From positions 1-64,000 of IMG/VR virus record IMGVR_UViG_3300036772_000557: a DNA stretch of 64,000 bases, one strand, 5' to 3'. Made by a program: the position numbers and the translations under genes. This DNA is from a virus. Under the pieces are notes generated by a model, which made no database searches, was not told the DNA's origin, and saw only the letters and a list, made by a program, of their open reading frames with translations. This document shows positions 15,231 to 24,172 of this stretch, piece by piece (position 1 is the stretch's first letter; each line of letters opens with the position of its first letter).

Positions 15231-15307
15231 GTGTGGGATAGGTCACACTCGCGATCGCCGCGGATAGCTACGCTCCGGCTTGGTGAACAAACCGGGAGGA
15301 TGCGGCC

Positions 15308-15475
15308 ATGACCACGCTGGAAATCTTCGGCGCCGCGATAATCGCCGCTGCCTGCTTCTGTATCATGCTGGTGGTCGACCGGATCCGGTCGCGCCGCAAT
15401 GCCGCCGCCGCGACGAGGCGCGCGATGATTGCGAGCGTGGGCGCGGCGGGCCGCGGCCAGCCGCCGACTCTTTAG
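15308..15475 (+). CDS. 55-aa single-TM protein, antisense to the cro operon
   Basis: GGGAGGA RBS; MTTLEIFGAAIIAAACFCIMLVVDRIRSRR...PPTL*. Confidence 0.6.
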   Translation: MTTLEIFGAAIIAAACFCIMLVVDRIRSRRNAAAATRRAMIASVGAAGRGQPPTL

Positions 15476-15495
15476 GCCGACGGACATTGCGGACA

Positions 15496-15723
15496 TCACG
15501 CGGCCTTCGCTCTCTCGGCGGCCATGTAGGCGCGGATCTTCTTTACCGTCCTCAGCGTGACGCCATAGACTCTGATCCGACCGACCACCTGACTGTCGTT
15601 CACGGCGAGACGTCCGAATGTCGTCTCGCTGATTCCAACCGCGTCGATGAACTGCGCGATCTCCTCCAAAACGTGGGAGGGGTCGTAGTCGAATCCGGTC
15701 GGGTCCGTGGGTTTTTGTTTCAT
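15496..15723 (-). CDS. Cro-like repressor
   Basis: LEEIAQFIDAVGISETTFGRLAVNDSQVVGRIR...TLRTVKKIRAYM family typical of alphaproteobacterial prophages; divergent from cI. Confidence 0.8.
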   Translation of the reverse strand: MKQKPTDPTGFDYDPSHVLEEIAQFIDAVGISETTFGRLAVNDSQVVGRIRVYGVTLRTVKKIRAYMAAERAKAA

Positions 15724-15731
15724 GTCAACCC

Positions 15732-15810
15732 ACCATAAATGGGAGAAATCCCATTTGTCAACGGGAAAAATCCCGCTCTCTGAAAAACCCAAAATGTGGG
15801 ATAAACCCCA
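15732..15810. promoter_or_regulatory. genetic switch: three operators plus leftward TTGACA promoter
   Basis: TGGGAGAAATCCCA 15740-15753, CGGGAAAAATCCCG 15762-15775, TGGGATAAACCCCA 15797-15810; tgtcaa 15756-15761. Confidence 0.85.
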
Positions 15811-15811
15811 C

Positions 15812-16252
15812 ATGACTAAAGCTACCAACCACTTAGCTCGAGAGATCCGGGCCCGGCGCCAGGCAATCGGGCTTACGATGAAAAAATTATCCGAGCTGGC
15901 CGGTCTCGGGGAAAGCTATATCAGCGAGATCGAGAGAGGGCTGATCGAATACCCGCGCGTCTCGACGCTCCGCAGCGTAGCGCGGGCGCTTGGGTGCGGC
16001 ATTTCAGATCTAACTGGCGAACCCGAAACGCTAAGCGACGAGACCCTGGATTACCCCAAGCTGCAATTGGCCTTTGCCGTGGCGGCCAAGAAACTGCTGA
16101 ACCAAGAGCTTACGGAGCGCGATATAGCCCTGCTTGAAATGGGAGCCGACATTTACGACTGGCTTGCCCGCGAGGAGCGGCAGGGCCGTCCCCCGGAGGG
16201 TGTCGACGATATTCTCCGCAGAATCGTGCTAGTAAGAGGGGGCCGACGTTAA
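15812..16252 (+). CDS. CI-like XRE-family repressor
   Basis: IRARRQAIGLTMKKLSELAGLGESYISEIERG...LRSVARALGCGISDL; no S24 peptidase domain visible. Confidence 0.85.
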   Translation: MTKATNHLAREIRARRQAIGLTMKKLSELAGLGESYISEIERGLIEYPRVSTLRSVARALGCGISDLTGEPETLSDETLDYPKLQLAFAVAAKKLLNQELTERDIALLEMGADIYDWLAREERQGRPPEGVDDILRRIVLVRGGRR

Positions 16253-16617
16253 CAATTGTCGATCATGTTCCCGATCAAGGCGACAATATACGCCGACATC
16301 CAGACCATTGCTCCAGGATTTGCTAAATTGTGGAAAGACAAATAACCCGCAACACACACGGCCAATGACGACGCGACCCTAGCGGCATTTATACCGAATG
16401 CGATTCGGCTTAGTATCACGGCGGCGAGCATTGGGGCGACCGGCACTGATGGGGTGATCGCCTGAGCCGCCGGGGAGACACATGAAACTCCGAAGCCGAT
16501 CATAAAAAGTCCGAGCCCTCCACCGAAGGCCCAAACTTGGCGGCGTATCGGAGTTCGCCGAGCCTGCAATCTATCGAATGTTTCCTGGAGCCTAAGGTCC
16601 CGACTGGCCCAACTCAC
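16249..16617 (-). CDS. membrane protein (about 4 TM)
   Basis: Hydrophobic segments; GGGAG RBS before GTG; located in immunity region. Confidence 0.55.
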   Translation of the reverse strand: MSWASRDLRLQETFDRLQARRTPIRRQVWAFGGGLGLFMIGFGVSCVSPAAQAITPSVPVAPMLAAVILSRIAFGINAARVASSLAVCVAGYLSFHNLANPGAMVWMSAYIVALIGNMIDNC

Positions 16618-16716
16618 ATGCCGCTCCCTAATAAAGGGTTAACCACTGATTGCCGCTGGTTCTTCTAAACCAACTCGCGGCGTTCGTAAAAGTGTCAAAA
16701 AAAATTTCGGTCGTTA

Positions 16717-16767
16717 TGGGAAAAATCCCACTTTCAGCTTGACGGTATGGGATTATCCCCATACACT
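16717..16767 (+). promoter_or_regulatory. early promoter TTGACG-17-TACACT with two operators
   Basis: TTGACG 16739-16744, TACACT 16762-16767; TGGGAAAAATCCCA 16717-16730 and TGGGATTATCCCCA 16748-16761. Confidence 0.85.
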
Positions 16768-16803
16768 CCACCCGACGATCACACTGATCGGGGGAGTTTG
16801 CCG

Positions 16804-17103
16804 ATGAAAACCGCGATAGAACAGACTGAGGCGCTCCTCGGCGCCATGGCCGACGCCGGCCGCCGCGCCGACCAGGCGATGCGCGAGGGCCTCGTCCCCT
16901 ATGACCCCCGCGTCAGCTTCGCCCGGCGCAACCTGCTCGAATTGTGGTTCGTCTGGGCGTGGGCGACACGCGAGCAGAAGGATATGGCCCCCAGATTCCG
17001 TCGCCAGCTTCGGCGCGCCATTCTCACCTATCGGCAATTATCCGCCCCGCAACCGCCGGAGCGGTTTGCGGCCTTGATCCAAATGGAATTGGCCAATGGC
17101 TAA
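16804..17103 (+). CDS. hypothetical early protein
   Basis: GGGGAG RBS before MKTAIEQ. Confidence 0.65.
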   Translation: MKTAIEQTEALLGAMADAGRRADQAMREGLVPYDPRVSFARRNLLELWFVWAWATREQKDMAPRFRRQLRRAILTYRQLSAPQPPERFAALIQMELANG

Positions 17104-17656
17104 GATCGCGCTGTCTTGCATCGCGTGCGGATCTACGTTTTTCCGCCCCCCAAGCAATGTGGCCGGCGCGAAATTCTGCTCCAGAAGCTGTTACGATAAG
17201 AATAGCCGGACCCCGGTTGCCCAGCGCTTTCTTCAGAAAGTCGTCATTCAAGACGGTTGCTGGGGATGGAATGGCAGCAAAAATTCCGGAGGATACGCCC
17301 AAATAAATATGGGGCCGCCCAAGAGCCGACCAACAGCCGCATCTCGCGTTTCCTGGGAACACTTCCGAGGCCCGATCCCTTCAGGTCTCCACGTTCTGCA
17401 TAAATGCGACAATCCCGAATGCGCGAACCCGGATCATCTGTTCTTGGGAACTCCGAAAGATAACGCTCGCGATGCTGTCGCAAAGGGGCGTTATGCCAAA
17501 GGCGAGAGGCATGGCATGGCCAAGCTGACTGCTGATGACGTTCGCGCGATCCGCGCAGACAGCCGGCCAGCGCTAGAAATAGCCGCTCAGTACGGCCTCC
17601 ACTACGAGACAGTTAATTCACTACGTCGTGGAATTAATTGGGAGTGGCTTCAATGA
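17096..17656 (+). CDS. HNH endonuclease
   Basis: GCWGWNG...GYAQI...RVSWE..RGPIPSGLHVLHKCDNPECANPDHLFLGT.KDN..D..AKGR. Confidence 0.92.
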   Translation: MAKIALSCIACGSTFFRPPSNVAGAKFCSRSCYDKNSRTPVAQRFLQKVVIQDGCWGWNGSKNSGGYAQINMGPPKSRPTAASRVSWEHFRGPIPSGLHVLHKCDNPECANPDHLFLGTPKDNARDAVAKGRYAKGERHGMAKLTADDVRAIRADSRPALEIAAQYGLHYETVNSLRRGINWEWLQ

Positions 17657-17931
17657 ACGAGCACTTCGGCGATCGCCCGCAATACCCGCCGTGGCCGGGC
17701 AAATACATACCATCGCACCAAAGCCAACAGAGAGATGCAATGAAGCCGAGCACCGCCGCTGATTGCCTCGCACACATTCGGGGGCAAATCACGCCGACGC
17801 AATACGACGAGGCGCTTGCCCGCATCGAGCAGCTGGTCGCGGCGCAGCGGGCGATCGCTGCGCAGGAAATGTACGAGGCTCACTTCGCCGCCTTCCCGCC
17901 GGTGCCGCCAGGAAAGGACAACGGCCAATGA
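17653..17931 (+). CDS. hypothetical protein
   Basis: ATGA-coupled. Confidence 0.6.
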   Translation: MNEHFGDRPQYPPWPGKYIPSHQSQQRDAMKPSTAADCLAHIRGQITPTQYDEALARIEQLVAAQRAIAAQEMYEAHFAAFPPVPPGKDNGQ

Positions 17932-18215
17932 CCACGTTAACCCGGATCCTCGACAGCCTACAAGGCGTTGCGGAGATAGATGCCGCGATAGGCGCATCGA
18001 AAGATCCCAGCGAGATAGCCAGGCAGATAGCTCTTGCTGAGGCACACATCGGCAACGCACGGGAGGCTATTAGCGACGCACGCAAACTCATCGGCGGCAC
18101 AGCCGGGAGCGTGCGAGTGGACGTGACCTGGGCCGAGATCGACCTTAATCACGCACAGCGCGCGCTCGGCAGGGCAAAGGCTGCGATCGCCGCGCCGCAG
18201 GAGACGCGGGAATGA
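17928..18215 (+). CDS. hypothetical helical protein
   Basis: ATGA-coupled, MTTLTRILDS. Confidence 0.6.
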   Translation: MTTLTRILDSLQGVAEIDAAIGASKDPSEIARQIALAEAHIGNAREAISDARKLIGGTAGSVRVDVTWAEIDLNHAQRALGRAKAAIAAPQETRE

Positions 18216-18424
18216 CCGCGTCGCCAGTCCCCCGGGATCTATTGGAAATAGCCTCGGACATAGGGCTCGCGGAGGTCCTGTCTGGCAGCGTCTTTCGCGT
18301 CCTTGGCAACGCGCACGAGGACGAGCGGCACCGGGCGCAAGCCGCAGCCGACGTGCTACCGGATCTGCGGCGTGCATTCGTGAAACTAGGGTACGCGATA
18401 ATCGAACTGGAGGGATGCCAATGA
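18212..18424 (+). CDS. hypothetical protein
   Basis: ATGA-coupled. Confidence 0.55.
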   Translation: MTASPVPRDLLEIASDIGLAEVLSGSVFRVLGNAHEDERHRAQAAADVLPDLRRAFVKLGYAIIELEGCQ

Positions 18425-18654
18425 CCATCGAATTCCTTGTCCTAAAGCCGCCGCGCAGAGCACGCGCGCCCAAAGAAGAGACTGCTGAGATGTTGGCGCT
18501 GCGCCAAGCGGGCTGGACGTACAAGCAAATCGCCGACAGGTACGGTTTGTCCAGCGGCAGCAAGATCGAGAACCGGCTCGGGCTCAAGCCAACGCGTCGC
18601 GCCCGCAACATCTATCCGCGGCCCGGCGAGCCGGGATATCGCAACTTTCCATGA
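18415..18654 (+). CDS. small HTH protein
   Basis: LALRQAGWTYKQIADRYGLS. Confidence 0.65.
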   Translation: MPMTIEFLVLKPPRRARAPKEETAEMLALRQAGWTYKQIADRYGLSSGSKIENRLGLKPTRRARNIYPRPGEPGYRNFP

Positions 18655-18944
18655 TCGGCGGCTCGCAAATGAAGAGCGCCTGCAAAAAGCCTCGGCCTCT
18701 CTCCGATAGACATTGGCAGGCGCTAAAATTCCTCGTCCTGAAATTAAGGGCCAGCGCATGGGAGATCGGCGCGTCGTGTGATCCAGGCTCTGACCCCGAT
18801 TCCAGGGCGACGGTCTGGTCGGGCGTAATGTCGCGGCTGGTGAACCGCGGCTTCGTAGAAAGACAGTTTGATCCGGCCCTTAACTATAATTTCTACACGA
18901 TTAGTGCTGCTGGCCGTAGCGCGCTGCGCGGCGATCCCCAATGA
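18651..18944 (+). CDS. putative winged-helix protein
   Basis: MSRLVNRGFVER....YTISAAGRSAL. Confidence 0.55.
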   Translation: MIGGSQMKSACKKPRPLSDRHWQALKFLVLKLRASAWEIGASCDPGSDPDSRATVWSGVMSRLVNRGFVERQFDPALNYNFYTISAAGRSALRGDPQ

Positions 18945-19426
18945 GCGCAGCCGAAATTTTCGCCGGCGTTGTCGGCGTAGGCGCGGTCGCGGCGATAGCG
19001 TTTGCCGCATCGCCCGATCCAATGGTGCCGATCAATGAACTCACGCCCGGTGTTGTGGCGTCCGTCGATAAGGCCGAGGTCTGCGGACTGGTTGACAAAC
19101 GTTCCTATAGTCGACGGCATCGCTCCGAGAGACACGACAAGTACCGATTCTTGCTCGCCTATGGATACGATGTTCGCCAGAGCGCCAGATTTCAGCTGGA
19201 CCACAGGGTGCCCCTGGAGCTTGGAGGTGCCGATGTCGCCGCAAATCTGTGGCCGGAACCGTGGACTGGCCAGATGAACGCGCATGATAAGGACCGGCTC
19301 GAGGATTGGGCTCACGACGCCGTCTGCTTCGAAGGCTCTCTGCCATTGCGCAACGCGCAGGCGATGTTCCTAGGAGACTGGCGGGAGGCGTTCGACCGGA
19401 TATTTCAAAGGGGCGAGGCGGAATGA
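18941..19426 (+). CDS. membrane-anchored/secreted HNH-like protein
   Basis: N-terminal hydrophobic stretch; LTPG...DHRVPLELGGAD..ANLWPEP...KDRLE. Confidence 0.7.
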   Translation: MSAAEIFAGVVGVGAVAAIAFAASPDPMVPINELTPGVVASVDKAEVCGLVDKRSYSRRHRSERHDKYRFLLAYGYDVRQSARFQLDHRVPLELGGADVAANLWPEPWTGQMNAHDKDRLEDWAHDAVCFEGSLPLRNAQAMFLGDWREAFDRIFQRGEAE

Positions 19427-19668
19427 ACGAATACAGCGTCTGTCAATTCTTCTCCGACGAGACTTACGAATATGTCAGGCGGTATGTCTCGGCAGAAGAG
19501 GCAATGCGCGCGGCCCTGCACTATACTCAGAGCGTTGGTGCGCAGTTTGGCTCTACTCGACGCGTCATTATCACCGATGGCGGCGATTGCTGCTGCTTCG
19601 AGTGGAAATTCGGTGAGGGAGTGACTTTTCCGCGGCGCGGCCCAGACGGCCGCTTCGTCGCTGATTAG
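19423..19668 (+). CDS. conserved phage hypothetical
   Basis: YSVCQFF...RVIITDGGDCCCFEWKFGEGVTFP. Confidence 0.65.
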   Translation: MNEYSVCQFFSDETYEYVRRYVSAEEAMRAALHYTQSVGAQFGSTRRVIITDGGDCCCFEWKFGEGVTFPRRGPDGRFVAD

Positions 19669-19694
19669 AGGCTTCTTCAAAGGGGGATAGGGAA

Positions 19695-20018
19695 ATGAGA
19701 CTGATCACAATGACCGCGATCGCCGCAGTGCTCGCCGGATCGACGGCCTGCTCAGTGATGCAGCAGCCTGCCGATCCAGCAGTTGTTAAGCGTATTGTGG
19801 CTATCTGCACCACTAGTGGGTTTTTCAAGGTCGTCAATGGGACAATTGCGCTGGCCTATCCGCCCGCGCAGATACCGGCGCAGATATTGGATTATGGTAT
19901 TGATCAGGTATGTACGAATCCCGAGCGGTTCGCTAGCGACATCTCAACAGTTGAGTGGTTGCTAAAGAACATTCCTAAGCGATCGCGAGGCTTTGGAGGG
20001 CTTGTAAATGGCAGCTGA
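19695..20018 (+). CDS. putative lipoprotein
   Basis: MRLITMTAIAAVLAGSTA-C lipobox-like N-terminus. Confidence 0.6.
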   Translation: MRLITMTAIAAVLAGSTACSVMQQPADPAVVKRIVAICTTSGFFKVVNGTIALAYPPAQIPAQILDYGIDQVCTNPERFASDISTVEWLLKNIPKRSRGFGGLVNGS

Positions 20019-20205
20019 AAACGACCCGACCGGCTGGCCGTGGGTCATTGGGCCAGCGCAGCGCGAGCGGCCGCTCATCCCCGTCGTGTCGGAGGCTCAT
20101 GCGCCACCACGCTTGCTCACGCCCGGCGGCGCGCTGCTTTTGTGTCTGCTCATAAGCCTTGGGTTGTGGGGCGTCGTCTGGTTCATTGTGGAGGCGCTAC
20201 TGTGA
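20008..20205 (+). CDS. small protein with C-terminal TM
   Basis: ALLLCLLISLGLWGVVWFIV. Confidence 0.55.
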   Translation: MAAENDPTGWPWVIGPAQRERPLIPVVSEAHAPPRLLTPGGALLLCLLISLGLWGVVWFIVEALL

Positions 20206-20516
20206 GCGAATCTCGTCCACGCGGCTCTAACGCCGACGAGTGGCATCTGTTTCTCTGCCAATATCTCGACAACAGAGCCACGAGCCCGAACGGGCTGACG
20301 TTCATGGCTGTTCAAATCGCTGAGGCTATCGAGGAGGGGCGGCGGGATGGCTTAGAACACGCGGCGCAAGAATGCGAGCGACATGGCAAATTTTGCAAGG
20401 ACGAAGCCCACAAAGCCGGCGATTTCCATCATCTCATTACGCGCCATGACGAAGCCGTTTACAACGCGAAGTGTATTCGCGGCATCGCCAATGCGATCGA
20501 GCGCGGTGGACCATGA
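20202..20516 (+). CDS. hypothetical protein
   Basis: GTGA overlap, GGAGG RBS. Confidence 0.55.
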   Translation: MSESRPRGSNADEWHLFLCQYLDNRATSPNGLTFMAVQIAEAIEEGRRDGLEHAAQECERHGKFCKDEAHKAGDFHHLITRHDEAVYNAKCIRGIANAIERGGP

Positions 20517-21409
20517 ACGGGATCATGACGGCCAATATTGTCCGTGAACTGCCGATGGATGATTACCATGCAGTGCGGGCGCTGTCAGCCAGTGGGGCCT
20601 GGACACTCATCCAGGAATGCCCGGCACAATATTGGTTCGAGTCGCCATGGAACCCCGATTTCGCGCCCAAGAACAGTCTCGTATTCGACATCGGCACCGC
20701 CACTCACCTTGCCGTTTTGGAACCAGATCAACTCGGTCGCCGAGTCGCGTGCATCGACGCAAAAGATTATAAAACCCGGCTCGCACAGGAAGCGCGCGAT
20801 TGGGCCTACGCGTCCGGTCTTGTTCCTCTCCTTCCGCAGCACGTCGACTTGGTTCGTCACCTCTCTGCTGCCTTGCGAGCGGATCCTTGGGCCGCCGACT
20901 TGTTGGAAGGCTGCGAACCAGAGCTATCCGTGTTCTGGAACGCAGACATCGGAGTGCCCTGCAAGGCACGGCCGGACTTCGTTACGCGTGACCGTGCCGT
21001 CCTCGGCGATATCAAAACATGCCCTACCGCTAATCCCCGCGCATTTCAGCGGACCGCCTTCAATAGCGGCTATTTTTTGCGAGCGGCGTGGTACATCGAC
21101 GGATACGAACAGGCCACCGGCTCGACTGTCCATGACTATTGGTTCGTAATCGTCGGAAAAGAGCCGCCTTATCTCGTCAGTACGCTCCGACTTGGCCCAC
21201 GCGCTATCGAATGGGGTCGAATGACCGTGCGTCGGGCCCTCGCCATCTTCCGTAAGTGCAGCCAAACGGGACACTGGCCGACTTACTGTTTAGAGCCTAG
21301 CACGCTGGAGTTGCCTACCTGGGCCGAATATCAGCTGCAGGAGCGCAATGAGGCTGGCGAATTCACGGCCGATGATGCCCGCTTGTCAATGGAGTTTTTA
21401 CGCCCATGA
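20513..21409 (+). CDS. RecE/exonuclease VIII-like PD-(D/E)XK nuclease (DUF3799 type)
   Basis: YHA..ALSASG...GTATH..VLEP...ELSVFW...CKARPD...DIKT...Y..RAAWY...KEPPY. Confidence 0.88.
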   Translation: MNGIMTANIVRELPMDDYHAVRALSASGAWTLIQECPAQYWFESPWNPDFAPKNSLVFDIGTATHLAVLEPDQLGRRVACIDAKDYKTRLAQEARDWAYASGLVPLLPQHVDLVRHLSAALRADPWAADLLEGCEPELSVFWNADIGVPCKARPDFVTRDRAVLGDIKTCPTANPRAFQRTAFNSGYFLRAAWYIDGYEQATGSTVHDYWFVIVGKEPPYLVSTLRLGPRAIEWGRMTVRRALAIFRKCSQTGHWPTYCLEPSTLELPTWAEYQLQERNEAGEFTADDARLSMEFLRP

Positions 21410-22815
21410 ATGCTTTCGCCTTTGCCCCTGCCACAAGGCGCAACACACACGTCCTCATTGCTCTCGCTGGCGCGTCAGGCAGCGGAAAGACTTATTCAGG
21501 CCTCGAGTTGGCAACCGGGTTGGCCGGCGATCGCGGCAGAATAGCTGTGATCGATACAGAAGCCGGCCGCGCGCTGCATTATGCCGACCGATTCAAATTC
21601 GATCATTGCGAGTTGACCCCGCCGTTCACGCCGGATCGCTACCGCGAAGCCATTGCTGCTGCGGAGCATGCCGGTTACGCCGTCATCGTAATCGACTCCA
21701 TGTCGCATGAACACGACGGCGAAGGCGGCTTGATTGAGATGGCCGAGCAAGAAGCTCAGACGCGGAGAGACGACAACAAAGCCGCCGCGTGGGCCATGCC
21801 GAAGGCAAAACATAAGCGCATGATGAACCGCTTATTACAGTTGCGCGCTCACTTGATTTTTTGCCTTCGCGCCGAGGACAAAATCAAAATGGTGAAGGTC
21901 TTCGATGAGCGCAAAGGGCGCGAGGTCATAACGATCGAACCGGCCGGGTGGCAACCGATCTGCGAAAAGCGGTTCATGTTTGAGATGACGGCCAGCTTTG
22001 TGCTGACGCCGGAAAACCCCGGCGTTCCGGGCGTGCTCCTCAAGCTCCAAGAGCAGCACCGACCGGCTTTTCCAAAAGGGCAACCCATCGGCCGAGAGAG
22101 CGGGCGCGTTATCGCTGAATGGGCAGCCGGGGGCGCTGCTCCCGAACGCCGCGAAGCTGACGAATTCGCAACCCTGAATAGGCGAGCCATCGCCGCGGCC
22201 CGGAGCGGCAAGGCAACGTTTCGGGGATTTTGGCAAGAACTCGATGCGGATGAGCGGAGTCACCTCCGGCCGATGCTAAGGGAGTTCGAGGCGATGGCCC
22301 TCCAGGCTGAAGCAGATGAAGACCCGTTCGCTCGCCACCAACCGGATTACGAACAAGATCCAGGCGATAGGCGCCAGGATCGCCCCGCGGCCGGAGCGCA
22401 GCTATCCGACCCGCCGCGGGGCGCAACCGTTTCGGCCGAAACCGGCCGCACCGAACATCCCGGAGAGCAGGATCAATCATCAACCCCAACAGAAAGGAGT
22501 AGCCCTCCTCCAGTTTCCCAAACTGAGACTATCGAACCAGCTCTCCGGGATGAACCCAAATCGCTCGCCGTAAATCTGATCGAGCCCGCCGGCAAGCCGG
22601 TCGATTATGTAGCCACCAAGGACGCGATGCTGGCGGTGATCGCCACGAAGGTCAAAACCATTGCTGATGTCGCGCGGTTCAGGATCGAAAACCGCAGCAC
22701 CTTCAACAATTGGATCGAGGCGGGGAAAGCCAATCGGGAAATCGGCGATCTGTGGCGAGATGTGCAATATCATCTCGCCAATCGCGAACGCGTGCTGCGG
22801 AGCGGCGAGCCATGA
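21406..22815 (+). CDS. AAA-family (Sak4/AAA_24-like) recombination ATPase with C-terminal extension
   Basis: GASGSGKT Walker A, VIDTE, VIDSMSHE; adjacent to exonuclease. Confidence 0.85.
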   Translation: MNAFAFAPATRRNTHVLIALAGASGSGKTYSGLELATGLAGDRGRIAVIDTEAGRALHYADRFKFDHCELTPPFTPDRYREAIAAAEHAGYAVIVIDSMSHEHDGEGGLIEMAEQEAQTRRDDNKAAAWAMPKAKHKRMMNRLLQLRAHLIFCLRAEDKIKMVKVFDERKGREVITIEPAGWQPICEKRFMFEMTASFVLTPENPGVPGVLLKLQEQHRPAFPKGQPIGRESGRVIAEWAAGGAAPERREADEFATLNRRAIAAARSGKATFRGFWQELDADERSHLRPMLREFEAMALQAEADEDPFARHQPDYEQDPGDRRQDRPAAGAQLSDPPRGATVSAETGRTEHPGEQDQSSTPTERSSPPPVSQTETIEPALRDEPKSLAVNLIEPAGKPVDYVATKDAMLAVIATKVKTIADVARFRIENRSTFNNWIEAGKANREIGDLWRDVQYHLANRERVLRSGEP

Positions 22816-22955
22816 TCCCGCAGCGAACCTGGGTCGCGCTGGCCGTCTCGGGGTGGATACTGGCCCTAATCTTCGCCGCCGCCGCCCTCGGGCTATTCGC
22901 GGCGGCGGTCCTCAACGTGTCGAGGTGTTCCGTCCTGGCGCGGGGGTTGCTGTGA
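22812..22955 (+). CDS. small membrane protein
   Basis: Hydrophobic, coupled at both ends. Confidence 0.45.
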   Translation: MIPQRTWVALAVSGWILALIFAAAALGLFAAAVLNVSRCSVLARGLL

Positions 22956-23347
22956 GCGGGGAAAGCGACCTTGTGGGCGCGGATCAACTGCCCGAGGGCG
23001 AATACGCGATCGTGGAGTGTTTCGGACATACCACGCTGGTCGGCCGCATCTCGGAGGTCGAGCGCTTTGGCGCGAAGATGCTGGCGCTGGAACCACTGTT
23101 TAACGGCCACTTGCTACCGGTGCTGTTCCAGGGCGGCGCGTCGATCTACCGGTTGACGCCGTGCACGCCCGCCGTCGCCTGGGCGCGCCAGCCGAAACGG
23201 GTCTACCTGCTGCCTCCGAACCTCGCGGCTACGCTGCCGCCCACGGCATTGCCGTCGGGGCAGTTGCCGCTTGATATCGAGGCGGTCGAGATCGGCGGGG
23301 AGGACCGCGATGGCGACAGCGACTGGAACGACCGCGATGAATATTGA
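22952..23347 (+). CDS. conserved phage hypothetical
   Basis: YAIVECFGH..LVGRISEVERFGAKML...GGASIYRLTPC. Confidence 0.65.
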   Translation: MSGESDLVGADQLPEGEYAIVECFGHTTLVGRISEVERFGAKMLALEPLFNGHLLPVLFQGGASIYRLTPCTPAVAWARQPKRVYLLPPNLAATLPPTALPSGQLPLDIEAVEIGGEDRDGDSDWNDRDEY

Positions 23348-23565
23348 TGGGCAGAGGCGATGATGGGAACAGAGGAAGGTGAAGTGACCCCGGTACGAGA
23401 CGAGATCCAGGATCTCTATTTCTGGCTGGGCGAGGAAGCTGAGCGAGTGGGCTTCACGCCGTGGGTTACTGGATGGCTCGGATATTCCGATGACAATGGT
23501 AGGAGCGACCGAGACCTAGCCCGGGGCTGTCGGCCGTAAGGGAATATCCAGGAAATGGACAACTG

Positions 23566-23826
23566 ATGGCATACCCCGTAGCGCCGATGAGCGCGGGCGC
23601 CCGATATGGCCGACTGGTTCTGACCGGCGCCAGATCGCTCCATCGTCACCCGTCGGGCAGGTGCCGCGCGTCGTGGGAGTGCATCTGCGATTGCGGCGTG
23701 GTCGTCTTTATCGCCGGGCAAAGCCTCCGGGAGGGCCGTACTCGATCCTGCGGTTGCATCCGCCGAGAGCGCTTGGCTCGGTTACGTGCGATGCAGGCGA
23801 AACCGGAAGGGAAGGCCGATGCCTGA
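23566..23826 (+). CDS. isolated HNH/AP2-associated Cys-rich DNA-binding module
   Basis: GARYGRLV...WECICDCG...LREGRTRSCGC; no nuclease domain follows. Confidence 0.65.
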   Translation: MAYPVAPMSAGARYGRLVLTGARSLHRHPSGRCRASWECICDCGVVVFIAGQSLREGRTRSCGCIRRERLARLRAMQAKPEGKADA

Positions 23827-24172
23827 ACCGATTCTCACGCTTGCAGACATAGCAAAACGCATGCGCGTGTCGGTTCGGACCGTGCAGCGGCGCATCACAG
23901 AGTCGGGCCTTGAGTTCGCTCGGCCCGGGCGGTCCTATGTTTTCACCGAAGCAGACTACGCGCTGCTTTTTGAGGCTACCCGATGCCGTTCAAACTCATC
24001 CCGCCAGGGACCAGAAAAAACAACCCCTTCTACCTCGTCCGCGGCACGGTCGACGGGCGAGACATTGAGGTCTCTGCGAAAACGAGAGACAAAGCGGCTG
24101 CTAAAAGGTTTGCGGCAGAACTCGAGCGGGAGCTCCTCGCGCGTCGTATCCCTCGACCTGGAGAAGCGATAA
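23819..24172 (+). CDS. excisionase-like HTH protein
   Basis: ILTLADIAKRMRVSVRTVQRRI...GRSYVFTEAD; overlaps integrase 5' end. Confidence 0.75.
   Translation: MPEPILTLADIAKRMRVSVRTVQRRITESGLEFARPGRSYVFTEADYALLFEATRCRSNSSRQGPEKTTPSTSSAARSTGETLRSLRKRETKRLLKGLRQNSSGSSSRVVSLDLEKR

Noticed and set aside
14873-15499. 208-aa minus-strand ORF and 184-aa plus-strand ORF between cro and the CII-like gene
   Set aside because: Low-complexity Arg/Ala/Gly composition with no motif; the region is better explained by RNA structure plus the 55-aa ORF with a strong RBS.
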